The notes under the pieces were generated by a model. That model was not told the DNA's origin. It worked only from the letters and a program-made list of their open reading frames with translations, and made no database searches. From Chiloscyllium plagiosum (Eukaryota): a stretch of DNA of 58,821 bases. The DNA is taken from positions 18,338,154 through 18,396,974 of the forward strand of contig NC_057748.1 of assembly GCF_004010195.1 (NCBI RefSeq). Direction: 5' to 3'. Numbering within the stretch: position 1 is the first letter of the stretch; the number at the start of each line of letters is the position of its first letter. Below are positions 22,346-36,050 of this stretch, one piece after another. Position numbers and translations under genes: made by a program.

Positions 22346-25300
22346 ATGGCTAATGATTTGATTAAATGGTGTACCTGGAATATCAAGGGAAGCCACTCAC
22401 CAATTAAGAGGAAGAAGGTACTCTTGAGTCTTAGAAAGGAGAAGGTAGATATTGCTTTGTTACAGGAGACACATTTGGATGACAAGGAGCATCTGAAATT
22501 ACAGCAGAATGGCTTTGACCGAGCTTATTTTTCATCATTTAATACCAGAAGTAGGGGAGTGGTTATATTCGTTAGGAAAAATCTCTCATTTAAATTGTTG
22601 GAATGTGCTAAAGACAAATACGGGAGGTTTGTAATTCTTAAAGCCTTGATAAATGGGGAAGAATATGGTATTTTAAATGTTTATTGTCCCCCAGCTCATC
22701 CTCTTAAATTCTTGGTAGATGCTTTTTCTAAACTGATAAGTCTCAAGTCTCGGCACATCATTATTGGGGAGATTTTAACTGCCTCATGGACCCCACAGTA
22801 GACAGGTTGCCTAAAGATCCCTCGATACCCTCTGCACAAACTAAACAGTTATTGGGTTTGTGTGGGGAATTAGGGTTGGTGGATGTCTGGAGGTGTCTCC
22901 ACCCTACACGTAGGGATTTCACGTTTTTCTCCAATCCACATAGATGTCACACGAGGATTGATTTTTTTTCTGACCCCTGCGGTAACCCTGGATCTGGTGG
23001 CATCCTGTACAATTGGTAATATTGACATCTCTGATCATGCTCCGGTGTACCTCATGGTTAAGATGAAGGATGTTACAGTGGATTCAAAGTACTGGCGAAT
23101 GGACCCCTTTATTCTCATCGACAGTAGGTTTGTGGAGTATTTCTCTAGGGAATTTTGGGCATTCCTAGACATGAACATAGTCTCGGTTGATAGCTCATCT
23201 GTTCTCTGGGAAACTGCCAAAGCTTATGCCAGGGGGTTAGTTATTTCATATTCCACCAGTAGGAAGCAGCAGAAGGGTGAGCAGCAACGTCTCCTTGAAG
23301 CACGGTTGAAGGCAGCCAAGAAGGCCTATTTTGACAGACCCTCGTTGGTCAAACTACAGAGGATCACGGCACTGCGGTCTGCACTAAATTCCGTGCTCAC
23401 GCAGATGGCAAAAAAGGAGCTGGCTTTTGCAAAGCAAAGGTTATACGAGCATGGTGACAAGCCAGGCAAATACTTAGCATACCTTGCCAGAAAAAGAAGT
23501 GCCCCACAAACCATTACAGCGATTAGGGTAGGGTCTGGGAACCTAACATGTGATTCTAAAAAGATTAATGCGGCGTTCCAGAGATTCTACTCTAAGTTAT
23601 ATCAGTCTGAGAATTGTGAGGAGGGGCAGGCCAAAATGGAATCCTTTTTTAGAGATCTGAAGCTCCCGAGTGTGACTCCTGAGCAACAGTCCTTTCTCAA
23701 TGCCCCATTATCAGAGCAAGAAGTGCAGGAAGCTGTGAGGCAGCTTCAGAGTGGAAAGGCGTCCGGTCCTGACGGACTTCCCAGTGAATTCTATAAGGAA
23801 TTTATAAGTATACTGTCAGGTCTGATGCTGAATATGTTTAATGATTCATACAGTCATGATTGTCTACCACCATCTCTGAGAGAGGCTAATATTTCATTTA
23901 TCCTTAAAAAAGGGAAGGATCCGGAAGACTGTGCTTCATACAGGCCCATCTCGCTCTTAAATGTGGACTTTAAGATCCTTTCTAAGGCTCTCGCATTAAG
24001 GTTGGAGACTGTTACCCTCTATTATTAAAGAGAATCAGACGGGCTTCATAAAGGGTCGCAGATCCTCCAATAATGTTAAGAGGCTGCTTAACGTAATTCA
24101 AGCGTGTCAACAACAGTCAATACAGGGATTGGTGATTTCTTTAGATGCAGAGAAGGCATTTGACCGAGTTGAGCGGCCGTACCTTTTCTATACTCTAGAC
24201 CGGTTTGGTCTGAGCGAAGTTGACCTCTCGCTGCGGTCATTACCAACAGGGTACGATCAAGCAATTTTAATATTTCGCCATTACTTTTTATGTTGGTGAG
24301 TGAACCGTTGGCAGAGGCCATTCGTGGGGATCTCAATATATCAGCTCCAGAAGTGGGGTCAAAATTACATAAGATCTCGTTGTATGCAGACGATGTTCTA
24401 ATTTTCTTGACAAATCCAGCAGTTTCAGTGCCTTGCCTAATACAATGCATTCACACATTTGGTGCTTTTTCAGGGTATAAGATTAATTTTGCTAAATCAG
24501 TGGCTATGCCTATGGGTGGTCTTACGAAAGAGTTGGCTCTTGAGAGTGACTATAGATTCCCATTTAGGTGGTCACAGGGGGATTTTGTGTATTTGGGCAT
24601 ATTCATTATTCCAGTTCTGGACTGGCTGTTCAAAGCCAATTTTACTCAATTATTTGAAAAAATTAAACAAGATCTCCAAAGATGGGAGGCATTTCCAGTC
24701 TCATGGTTGGTCGGATAGCGCTTATTAAGATGAATATTCTCCCTCGTTTGCTATACCTTATACGGATGCTCCCCCTGATTTTCAATAAACAAACAGTTGG
24801 TTCAGCTCCTTTATCTGGCACTGTAAACGGCCCCTCATTAAATTAGTCAAACTGCAGTTGCCTCACAGATTGGGGGGAGTAGACCTTCCGGACATTAAAA
24901 ATTACCAATTAAGCTCGCTTTTGACATATGTGAGTGATTGGGTTTGTGGGAACTCTCTTTCAATATGGCTAGATATCGAAGCCTCCCAGGCAAGGTGCCC
25001 CCTTACCAGTTTGCTGTTTTTGGACAAGATAAGGACAGTTAGGGAATATTGTCATAACCCAATAGTCATCAATACAATTAAAGCATGGAGGGTAATTCGG
25101 CAGAGGGAAGGTAATATTGGCAAAACATCTTTGATTACACCTTTAGTAGGTATGCCAGGTTTTCAACCGGGTATGATAGATTCAGGACTTAAACGTTCGG
25201 CAGCTAGGGGTATATCTTGCATGGGTGATTTATTTGAGGGAGATGTAATGATGTCCTTCGATCAGTTAGTACGGAAGTACGAGTTACCTTATAGAGACCT

Positions 25301-27090
25301 CTTTTGTTTTTTTTCAAGTTAGGGATTTTATTAAAAAAAAACCACACNNNNNNNNNNNNNNNNNNNNNNNNNNNNNNNNNNNNNNNNNNNNNNNNNNNNN
25401 NNNNNNNNNNNNNNNNNNNNNNNNNNNNNNNNNNNNNNNNNNNNNNNNNNNNNNNNNNNNNNNNNNNNNNNNNNNNNNNNNNNNNNNNNNNNNNNNNNNN
25501 NNNNNNNNNNNNNNNNNNNNNNNNNNNNNNNNNNNNNNNNNNNNNNNNNNNNNNNNNNNNNNNNNNNNNNNNNNNNNNNNNNNNNNNNNNNNNNNNNNNN
25601 NNNNNNNNNNNNNNNNNNNNNNNNNNNNNNNNNNNNNNNNNNNNNNNNNNNNNNNNNNNNNNNNNNNNNNNNNNNNNNNNNNNNNNNNNNNNNNNNNNNN
25701 NNNNNNNNNNNNNNNNNNNNNNNNNNNNNNNNNNNNNNNNNNNNNNNNNNNNNNNNNNNNNNNNNNNNNNNNNNNNNNNNNNNNNNNNNNNNNNNNNNNN
25801 NNNNNNNNNNNNNNNNNNNNNNNNNNNNNNNNNNNNNNNNNNNNNNNNNNNNNNNNNNNNNNNNNNNNNNNNNNNNNNNCAAACTGCAGTTGCCTCACAG
25901 ATTGGGGGGAGTAGACCTTCCGGACATTAAAAATTACCAATTAAGCTCGCTTTTGACATATGTGAGTGATTGGGTTTGTGGGAACCCTCTTTCAATATGG
26001 CTAGATATCGAAGCCTCCCAGGCAAGGTGCCCCCTTACCAGTTTGCTGTTTTTGGACAAGGTAAGGACATTTAGGGAATATTGTCATAACCCAATAGTCA
26101 TCAATACAATTAAAGCATGGAGGGTAATTCGGCAGAGGGAAGGTAATATTGGCAAAACATCTTTGTTTACACCTTTAGTAGTTATGCCAGGTTTTCAACC
26201 GGGTATGATAGATTCAGGACTTAAACGTTGGGCAGCTAGGGGTATATCTTGCATGGGTGATTTATTTGAGGGAGATGTAATGATGTCCTTCGATCAGTTA
26301 GTACGGAAGTACAAGTTACCTAATAGAGACCTCTTTTGTTTTTTTTCAAGTTAGGGATTTTATTCAAAACAAACCACACTTTTGACTGATCCCTACAAAT
26401 CTGACATAGAAAGAGGGGTACTAAGGGCTAAGAGTACACTCTCTGTCAGTACTTTATATCACCAATTGGGGAGTGCCACCTCAGATGAGTCTGTAAGATG
26501 TGGGAAAGAGAGCTGGGTGTTGAAGTTTCTTCAGAGGCATGGGAGGATATTTGGGAGAATGCAACGAAGATATCAATTTGCAATAGGACCCATACTTTAT
26601 AGTTGAAGATTCTCCACAGGGTCCACTTAACCCCAGACTGTTTGTCAAAATGTAAACCGGGGTATCTTCAGCACGTCCCAAGTGCAAGATCTGCACGGGC
26701 ACTCTTACCCATTGTCTTTGGTCTTGTGACAGGCTTCTAACATATTGGAGCACTATGGTGGGTGCAATGGAGAGGATTTTATGTGTAGGGGTGGAGAAGG
26801 ACCTTTTTCTCTGCTTTTGGGCCTACCCATTGTAGTTCCTGCAGACGCGCATAAGAAAAAACTTTTCAATATTCCTACGTTCTGTGCAAGGAAGAATATC
26901 TTGCTAGGTTGGCTATCAGAAAAACCCCAGGCCTGTCGGGTTGGCGGAAGATTGTTATGGAGCATATTCCCCTGGATTTCTCACAAATATGGTACACCAC
27001 AAAACTGAGAATTTTTACAAGACATGGCAACCCTTTTTGAAATACCTAGACACAGGTTTATCTGCCACACTAACAAGGGCTTTTATATAG
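22346..27090 (+). pseudogene. L1 ORF2p (APE endonuclease, RT, C-terminal CCHC), disabled
   Basis: TWNIKG, IALLQETH, SRGV, RID, ISDHAPV; GKASGPDG…EFYK, YRPISLLNVDFKILSK, SLDAEKAFDRV, LYADD; degenerate xPKC…H…C knuckle. Several frameshifts, and the RT GxRQGCPL stretch is deleted near 24275. Confidence 0.92.
25348..25879. other. Assembly gap
   Basis: Run of N. Confidence 1.
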
Positions 27091-28085
27091 CCGTAACGAT
27101 TGTGTTTCATGAGTCTTCTCTATATATGTTTATACATTCGTATAGGAGGGTGGGCTGGGGAATTCTTTTTATTATTTGGGTTTAGTTTTGTACTATTTTT
27201 GTACTGTTTTGAATTGCATTGTTGTAATATTTAAAAATCTATTTTTTCTTAATAAAAATATATTATAAAAAAAGACACCTGGATGGGTACATAAATAGGA
27301 AGGGTTTAGAGGGATATAGGTCAAGTGCTGGCAAATGGGACTAGATTAATTTAGGATATCTGGTCAGCATGGATGGGTTTGACCAAAGGGTCTGTTTTTG
27401 TGCTGTACATCTCTATAATGCAACGACTCTGACATGGGAGCAATATCTGATGAAGTTTAAGAACCTTTGCAGGGGGAATGAACTAATTGTGCACCTTTAA
27501 ACAAACATTAAAATGGTCTTCAGCCATATTGCAAAAAAAAACTCCAAGTTCTCCATTACTCAGTTAACCTAGCATCAAGTAAATAAAGTCTGACCTTTAT
27601 ACTGCATCTTGCATAGCCTCAAGATGTTCCAGGGCACTTTTACAAACAATTAAAAACACTATGAAGCATAGTCATCATTGTAATGCAAGAAAAACAACAA
27701 CTAATTTGTTCACAACAAGATTCCACAAACAACAATCCTCATATTCGAGTGATGTTAGTGGAGGGACTGATATTGCCCAGAATTGGGGAGACCTCCCTCT
27801 TCTTTTTCTTCAAAATGATGCCATGAGATTACTGACAGTTACCTGAGATGGTGGACATGCCCAAAGCCTTATACTGTATGTGTGTTCATGTTGGATGCAG
27901 GCATGTTCAGGACTGGCATAAAGACCCAATTTCCGTTTACGCAGGTTTTAAGTGGCTGAAGTTGAAACATCATGTGAGGGAATCCTTTCTCAAAGAATGC
28001 TAAGAAAAATGGTGATCACGATATTAAAATAATGTGGCTGTTGGGAGGGTGGGGTTAGTGGGTGGATCCAAACTCTGTGGCTCAC

Positions 28086-28171
28086 CTTCCATTGACAGGC
28101 CAGACTCGAGTGACATCACTGACATAGCCGGAATACTCACAGCCGCCATCCAATAACACCATCTCGCCATC
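28086..28171 (-). CDS. XPNPEP3: XPNPEP3 exon 7
   Basis: ccag|GAT...GGA AG|gtgagc; 86 nt; [28 protein letters not shown](R), containing the two metal-binding Asp residues. Confidence 0.97.
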
Positions 28172-29129
28172 CTGGGAAGAGAGTGAAGTCAGTGAGTTAA
28201 TAAAGGAGTAAGGTAAGGCCACAAGCATCTCATACCTTTTCTGTCATTCCACTAGACGTGTATCCCAACCCACCTTGAATCTGTAACCCTAACAACCTTG
28301 CTCAATAAAAAAAAATTTAAAGTTTCAATTAGCACTCAGCCTCAACAGCAATTCTGAAATAGAGATTTCCAGACTTCTACTACACTTTGTGTGAAGAATC
28401 GCTTTTTAATGTCATTCTTGTATGGGCCATTCTACCTTTAAAGTTAGGTCTCTACGTTGTAGGCTACCCCATCAGCAGAAATATTTCTTCTGTAGATCAT
28501 AGCATCCCAGCAGCTTGGAAGCATGCTATTCAGCCCATTGTATCCACACATTTTGCTTTGAGGAGCATCCCACCCAAACATTTCCCCCAACCTCTATTCC
28601 ACCTCTCCCCCTTTGCCAATGCACAACACAACCCAAATCCACCCCCCCACCCCATGCAAGTGATAAGAGCAGGTTAGATTCCTGTTCAGCCACATCATAC
28701 AAAGAACATCAAAGCCTCTACCATCACCATTCGTTCTGGGATACAACACACATGTAAAAGTTCACATTGTTAAAGCACCCACTCCAATTCTTTTAATCAT
28801 CTTAAATACTTCAATTAGATTAGCCCTGAAACTTCCATTTCCACTCAAGGAAATATAAGACTAGTTTATGCAACTTGTCTTACAATAATTAGTTTCATTT
28901 ATACAGTATTTTTGTTGTGGTTAAGTGTCCCAAGGCATTTCATAGGAGTGTTGTCAAACAAACTTTGTTTGAGCCTCATGAGGAGAGTTAGGACAGGTGA
29001 CCAAATATTTTGTCAAAGGGGCATCATTTGATGAGCATAACAAGAAAAGGTTAAAGGATGAAGAAAGTGATGAGCTTGGGTTTGGAGGACCAGCCAAAAT
29101 GTCCATTTGAATGATTAGAGAAACTCGAG

Positions 29130-29465
29130 ATTTTTCATTTGTTCACGGGAGTTGGGTGTCACTGCCTCAACTGGCATTTATTAACAAAAGAACAGTTAAG
29201 ATTCAACCCCGTGGCTTTGAATCTGGGCCATGAATAGGCCAGGCCTGGTAAGGATGGCAGATTTCCTTCTCTAAAGGACATTAGTGAAACAGATAGGTTT
29301 TGACGACCATCGAAAGTGGTTATGTGGTCACGACGAGGAGAACTTTTATTCTAGATTTTTATTGAATTCAAATGTAACCAATGAAGAAGCCACATTTCCA
29401 GACCATTAGCTGGAGTTCTGGATTTATTAGTTCAGCGACATTACCATGATGCCACCATTTTCCCG
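29130..29465 (-). mobile_element. tRNA-head SINE family X, near-complete copy
   Basis: Reverse strand begins ggtggcatcatggtaatgtcgctgaactaataaatccaga (tRNA-like head), then the shared core and the LINE-like tail. Confidence 0.7.
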
Positions 29466-30367
29466 ACACTGAAGGATGGAGTTGTATAGTAAAGGAGGGA
29501 GCTGCCAGCCCAGGAGCCAACAAAAGCCTTACCTTGGAGATATCACCAGAAATTCCTCAATATGTAACCACTGATCAATGGCAGGTGCACATTTACCCTT
29601 CTGTTTCATCAGCATCAAAGTAGAAGGGAATGGCAAGTGAGTTCTGCTCCGAAGTAATCAAATTGCTTGGGAGAGATTAATCATGGTGACTGAGAAATTT
29701 AGATAGGAACTGTTCCTACAATCACAGGCTGTTTCTCCCCAGTGGTGAGCATATCAGCAACAAGCGCAGCAAGCAAACAGCCCCTGGCTTGTAGGAGCAG
29801 TGAAAAGGTGAGACACAGCAATGAATGACTGAGGCTAGTAGAAGCAGGAGTGTTTCAGGCAAGGTGAGATGTGAGTGGCTAAAAAGGGGCAGGAGTGAAA
29901 GCAGTGACTACAAAAGGGAGAGGGAAGGAGGCTGTGAAGACAACCTGTCAATAACTAGTTAACTGGACACTTGAAGTTACAGGTAATAAATTTGTTGCAA
30001 ATTAATCAGCTATATCATCAGGTGTGTGTTGTTGCTAACTTTTGTTGTCTTGTGCCAATTTAAAAACTCGGAAATGTAAGCCTTCCTTGTGTGCTGTGGC
30101 TTTATGTATATTGGAGGGTTGATCATTATTGAGGATACTATTGAATTCTTCTAATTCTGTTTCTGTGACTCCCAAGTACTCCACATGTAAACACAAACAC
30201 AGAAGGTAATATAGGTATGTGTCTGCTTCCCACCTAATGAAGGAGTTAGTGAGAATGAAAAAGCAGCCTCTGAAAATCAAAAAGTAACCCTTTAGAAATC
30301 TCAAGAATAGCCCTTAGGATAAAGCAAATATTCTGACCCCAGTAATAAGGAATGACTACATTCTTAC

Positions 30368-30481
30368 CTTAACCATTTGGTTATTTTTCACATAATGCAG
30401 TGTATTGGAGCGATTGCCGCCAGCTACCACCGGAGGGTAGGCCAAGAGGTCCGCCCCATGAGCTCGACACTCGAAGTCAAA
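30368..30481 (-). CDS. XPNPEP3: XPNPEP3 exon 6
   Basis: ttag|TTT GAC...GTT AAG|gtaaga; 114 nt; [38 protein letters not shown]. Confidence 0.97.
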
Positions 30482-30964
30482 CTAAAATTGAGAAGTGTTA
30501 CGGAACGGCATGTTATGAAAGATTACTCCCTGATGTGTTTCATCTACATTATACAGAAAGCAAACGCATTTCGGGATTGTATTCCTGCACTTTCAGTATA
30601 ACAAGCAGATAACATACATTTACCTGAAACAAAATTGTAACACCTCATTAAGTATAACGTGGGGAGTCTATCAATGGTAAACCTGCAGTGGAGAGTCAAA
30701 CACTCCCTTATGTATACAAGTGTACACAATATACAATAAAAGAACCATATTTCAAGGTGACAACCTATCTCCGGGGATCAGATCATGATGTAATACCTTG
30801 GCTCACCACATCACTGATTCCAAGCTTTTGTAATTTTTCTCTACATTAGCCACTTCATTTCCCCTCTGTTATTATCTTGGTGGTTCAGTTTTTATGCTCT
30901 TTAGCTGTGCTTAATGTATGGAAATCAAGGCACAGTACACAATCCTATGTTAACTCTCACTTTT

Positions 30965-31420
30965 TTGGTTTAGGAGCAGGAGTAGGCCATTCAGCCCCTC
31001 AAGCCTACGTTGCCATAAAAGGTCATGGTCGATCATCTGCCTCAACACCATATTCCAGCACAATCAATCCCCATACTCTTTATAACCATTAATAACCAGA
31101 GGTTTATCAATCCTTGTGTTGAACTGATTGAATGACAGAGCTTCCCCTGCTCCGGCAGATGAATAATTCCAAAGATTCATCACCCTCTGCATAAAAAATG
31201 TCCTCCTCACTTAGTGTTAAATGACCGTTCTTTTATTCTAAGACACTGTCTCCTGGCTCTAGACCACAGCCAGGAGGAAATATCCTTTCTTCATATACTT
31301 TTTCTATCTCTTTAAGGATTTTCTAAGCTTCAATAAGATCACTTTTTACTCCTCTAAACTCCAGAGAAAAAGTCCCATTCTCTCAGGAGTCACAGTTGTG
31401 AATCTCTGCTGCCCTCCCTC
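30965..31420 (-). mobile_element. Old CR1 3' fragment
   Basis: ggagcaggagtaggccattcagccc tail and aattccaaagattcatcaccctctg (reverse of QRVVNLWN). Confidence 0.7.
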
Positions 31421-31523
31421 TCGGATTCAATACATTTACTAAGACACCCGTACTTATTGTTATATTACTCCATGTAGGTTTGGCTGCTTCTGTTTATGAA
31501 AGCATCCATACTTTGTTGCTTAC

Positions 31524-31586
31524 CTTTGCATAAAGATAGGCCTCGTCAACTGGAGCCTTGGTTGAGAACATTGTGCTTATGAATGC
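31524..31586 (-). CDS. XPNPEP3: XPNPEP3 exon 5
   Basis: ttcag|GCA TTC...GCA AAG|gtaagc; 63 nt; AFISTMFSTKAPVDEAYLYAK. Confidence 0.96.
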
Positions 31587-32394
31587 CTGAAAATAAACAG
31601 CCAGCCTTGTATCAGCTCCTTAGCAATCTGCAAAATTTGTACAAAATGCAGTCCAACTACAACACAATTACAAAACTGGAAGTACTGGGATGAGTACACA
31701 CACTTTTGAGACTCATCAGCAGCGAAACTGGCACACACTGTCCCCTTCTCCCAAGCTTAAAGGATACTTATTCAGCAGCCTAATCCATGGAGTCACAGAG
31801 ATTGACAGCACAGGAAATGTTCCTTTGGCCAATCAAGTGCAACCACCTAACTATTCTAATCCCATTTATCAGTACTTGGCCCATAGCCTTGTATGCTTTG
31901 ACATTGTAAATGCATATCTAAATACTTCCTATATGTTATGTGGGCAGAAACCCTCCCCATTGATTTCACAGCAATTGGTTCCACTTTGAAATTGTGGGAT
32001 GCATTTTTATGTATTCCAGACAGATGGCTAAAATATGCTCATCCCTTGTATATGTTAACAAGACGTTTATTGCCTGGTTTAAGGAGTTCTACCCTTACAG
32101 TGGGCTACCCTAAATGGTGCTGAAACCAGGTCTGTGCTCAGGGCATCCACATCTCCATTCAGCCTGACTGGCAAGACTTTAAAAGAGTATTGAAGGCTAC
32201 AACCAAACACATAAGTTTCTTACAAAAGAGTCTCACTTCTTGGGGTCCCACTGAATCCAGAACTATTGTGGATCACAGCACTTGCAACCCAAACTCCAAG
32301 GTCTCATCCTGACAGTATTCTCTCATCTTCAAACACAGTCAAAGAAAATTCATGTTGTTCACCAGTGAGGTACCCAGGGACATCCAGCAGGTAC

Positions 32395-32580
32395 TGGTTG
32401 TCCATCTCATTCACTAATGTCTTTTCAGGAAGGAAATCTGCTGTCCTTACCTGGTCTGGCCTAAATCTGACTCCAGAACCACAGCAATGTGGTTGACCCT
32501 TAACCGTCCTCTAGGCAATTAGGAATGGGCAATAAATGATGGCTTAATCAGCGATGCCCTCATTCCGTGAACAGATTTTA
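32395..32580 (+). mobile_element. SINE family X, 3' half
   Basis: ttcactaatgtc…aggaaatctgctgtccttacctggtctggcct…gcaatgtggttgac…ggcaattaggaatgggcaataaatg tail. Confidence 0.75.
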
Positions 32581-33039
32581 AAAGAAGTCTACCTTTGATG
32601 AGGTCCAAAGTTCAGTCTTAATCAGGCCTCAGGCCTACTTGTTCCGCTGCACAGATCTTTTTCTGCATATAGCTCATGCCTGGGATTCTGACTCCATGCG
32701 ATCTCTTGCCACACCTACACTTTAGAAGTCTACTGGAGAGATATGTGGAAGCCACTGTCCTTTATAGTGAGGTGGGGTGTCAACCAAGACTCAAAGCAGT
32801 ATTAAAACTCCCAATCTGCAACAGAACTAACATGGTGACAACTGCTGTATCCCATCAAGTTAATGTTGCTTTGTGACCGATGGCAGCCCAAACACTGGGT
32901 TTCATGCTGATTTGCTGCCGAAGCAAAAGATTATCTTCTGCTCATTGAGAGGGTGAGCCAGGTAGACCAGCAAGATTCAAGGCTGTGGTGAGTTAGTTGT
33001 GATGGCAGTGGAAGCATGGCATTTGGTCTCAGTTGCCCT

Positions 33040-36000
33040 GACTTAGGAACGGGGTTGGTTTTTGAACCCATGCTTCTCTTCATGTACATTAATGACTTTA
33101 ACTTGAGTACAATTTCAAAGTTTGTTGATAACACAAAACAATGAAGTCTTGTGAACTGCAAGCAGGATAGTCATAAACCTCAAGAGGACAAAGACAAGCT
33201 GGTGAATGGACAGACAAGTGACAAATGAAATAACACGCAGAGTTATGAAAAATTCATTTTGATAGGAAGAACAAGAAGAGGGAATGTAAAATAAAGGACA
33301 CAAGGGGTGGAGACAGAAATTTTGCGTGTGCACAAATGATTGAAAGTGGTGATGGAGATTGAGTAAGTAGTTAATAAAGCATATGGGATCCTATAAGGAA
33401 AAAGGAAACTATGGTTAACGTGTACAAAAATACATTCTGTGATCTTATATTTGTGGTACCTAATTTTGGGATCCTCCCCCAAATGGAAACTGGAGTTGAT
33501 ATCACAATTGAATGGTGGAGCAGGATCAAAGGGCCAAATGGCCGACTTGTATCCCTAAATTCGACATATTCCCCTCTCATAACTCACTCCCAATGCCCTG
33601 TTACAAAATAACCTACCTTGGAGGTGACCTTTGCAGCTGTTTTCATGAGTTCTACCTCTGCGTCGGACTTAATGAGTCGTAGATATTGAACAAGTTTCTG
33701 AACTGGTTGGACTGTGTTGTTGCTCTGCATCTTAATAGCTATAAGGGGCTGCATGTAGTCTGCGTGGAACCTTGGGTGAACAACTGGCTCACTGTCGTAC
33801 CATACCATGCACCCTTCATCTGTTTGAGAGACAGACAGAAGAGGAACAGACAATTCTTTATTCAGTGCAGTAAACAACTTTCATTTGTATGCTGTCTTTA
33901 ACATCATGCTTGACAAGAGAATTATAAAACAGAATTTGATAATAAATCTTATGTGTACATAATAGCACATTAGACAAAAAGCTTGATCAAAGGCACAGGT
34001 TATAATCAAAAAAATTAAGGTGGTTGTGATCTAGAGCACAAGGCAGTGCAGCTCACTCTGTTCGGAGATGCTGATTGTGCACCCAAATTTTCTTGCATAC
34101 TTCCCCAACTTAACTATAGTCAGCATAGCTATTAAGGGAGAGATCATGCCTCACAAATGTTATTGAATGCTTCAAGGTGGTGATTGGGTGGGTAAGTGAG
34201 GCTGGTGCAGCTGATGTAGTCTACCTTCAGTTTTGACACTTTTGGCAAGGTCGCAAATGGCAGACTGCTTTAGGAAGCTGAGAACCCATAGGATCCAAGC
34301 CAACATGGCAAATTGGATCCGAAGCTAACTTTGTGGCAGGAGGAAGAGGGTGACGGTCAAAGGGTGTGTTTGGAAGCTTGTGTCCTGTGGTGTAACACAG
34401 GAATCAGTGCTGAGTCCTGTGCTGATTATTGTGTGTATTACTGATCTAGATATATGGACGTATGAGGTTTAATCATCAAATCCGTAGACAACATGAAAAT
34501 TGGTGGTGATGTAAACAGTGAGCAGAAAAGCCTTAGTTACAGGATGACAATCAGACTGATTAGATGGGCTGAGATGGAGCTAATGAAAGTTAATCCTGAA
34601 AATGTGTCGTGGTGCATTTTGGGAGGACTAACTAGGCAAAGGAGTTAATGTTAAATGGTAGGACACTAGCAAGTACAGAGGATCAGAGGGACCTTAGTGT
34701 GCATGCTTGTTGATCCTTGAAGGCAGCAGGATAGGTAGCTAAGATCGTTAAGAAGGCATAAGAGATACTTGCCTTTATTAGTCAAGGTACTGAATACAAG
34801 AACAGGGAGGTTATGGTGGAGCTGTATGTAACATTAGTTAGGCCACAGCTGGAGTGCTGTGTGTAGTTCTGCTTACCACACAAAAGAAGAACTGATTGTA
34901 TCGAGAGGGTGCAGACAAGATTCATAAGGGTGTTGCCTGAGCTAGTGTGATTCAGCAATGAACAGGGACTAGATAAGCCAGGTTGTTTTTCTTAGAGTAG
35001 AAAAGGCTTTGGAGGGGGGCACTTCTGATTGAGTTTTGAGCAGCATAGACAGAGTAGCTGGGGAGAAACCTTTCGCCTTTGTAGAAGCATCAATAACTGG
35101 GGGCACAGTTTTAAGATAAGAAGCAGGAGGCTCAGAGGGGATTTCAGGAAAAATATTTCACCCAGCGGGTTGAGAGTATCAGGATCTCACTGCCTAAAAG
35201 GGTGGTAGAGGCAAGAACACTCAAGGCATTTAAGACGAACACTTGAAATCCCATAGCATAAAAGGCTATGGGCCAAGTGGTGAAAAATGGCATTAGAATG
35301 GATGGATGTTTGATTAACGGTACCGTAACAACCCTGATTCGATCCTATCAAATGAGGATCGCAGTGTGCAGTCATTAGCATTCCCCAGGAGAAACATTAT
35401 GTGTCAAATTCCCGGTTGATTGTACATGGGGATAGGAGTGGAATCATACAGCATCGAAGAAAGCCATTCAGACCAGCATGCTATGTTAGCTCACTGTAAG
35501 AGCAATGCAACAATTTCTGTACCCTACTCTTTCTCCATTACCTGACAAATCTTTCTACATCAAGTATTTATCCAGCTCCCTTGTGAAAGTTACTACAGAA
35601 TCTACTTCTAACAGCCTTTCAGGTAACACAGTACAGAAGTATTGCATATTCTCCATTAATTGTTTTGTGAATTTTCATACTAGAATGCCGCAGTTATTGA
35701 ACTCCCTTTTGCCAGTAGAAACAGTCTTTCCTTGTCTACTCAATCAAGAGTCTCCTCTCTTTTCGAACGCCACTATCAAATCTTGTCTCACCCTGGTTTG
35801 AGCTTTAGGGAGAAGCTGAATATGCTAGGGCTATTTTCCCTGGAGTGGCAGAAGCTGAGAGGTGACCGTATATAAGTTTATAAAATCATGAGGGGCATGG
35901 ATAGGATGAATAGTTAAGGTCTTTTCCCTAGGGTAAGGGAGTCCAAACTTAGAGGCCATAGTGTTTAACGGGAGAGGGGAAAGATTTAAAGGGAGACCCA

Positions 36001-36050
36001 AGAGGCAACTTTTTCACGCAGTGGGTGATGCGTGTATGGAAGCTTGGGAC
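33040..36050 (+). mobile_element. Cluster of degenerate CR1 fragments (~33040-33560, 34120-35320, 35800-36050) on both sides of XPNPEP3 exon 4
   Basis: RT remnants (INDL…SKFVD.TK; gggagatcatgcctcacaaat; LVRPQLE.CV.FW; GDL..VYKIMRG) and CR1 tails. Confidence 0.8.
33617..33819 (-). CDS. XPNPEP3: XPNPEP3 exon 4
   Basis: acag|AT GAA...TCC AAG|gtaggt; 203 nt; (D)EGCMVWYDSEPVVHPRFHADYMQPL...LRLIKSDAEVELMKTAAKVTSK. Confidence 0.96.

Larger units (their letters stand above)
20363..27269 (+). mobile_element. Full-length LINE-1 (L1 clade) in XPNPEP3 intron 7, antisense to the gene, inserted into a CR1 tail
   Basis: 13-bp TSD AAAAGACACCTGG (20350-20362 / 27270-27282) at a TT|AAAA site. 5' end GGGGATCTAAGATGGCGGC. 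ORF1 and ORF2 remnants, AATAAA at 27251 and an A-rich end. The flanks rejoin into a contiguous CR1 3' end. Confidence 0.95.
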
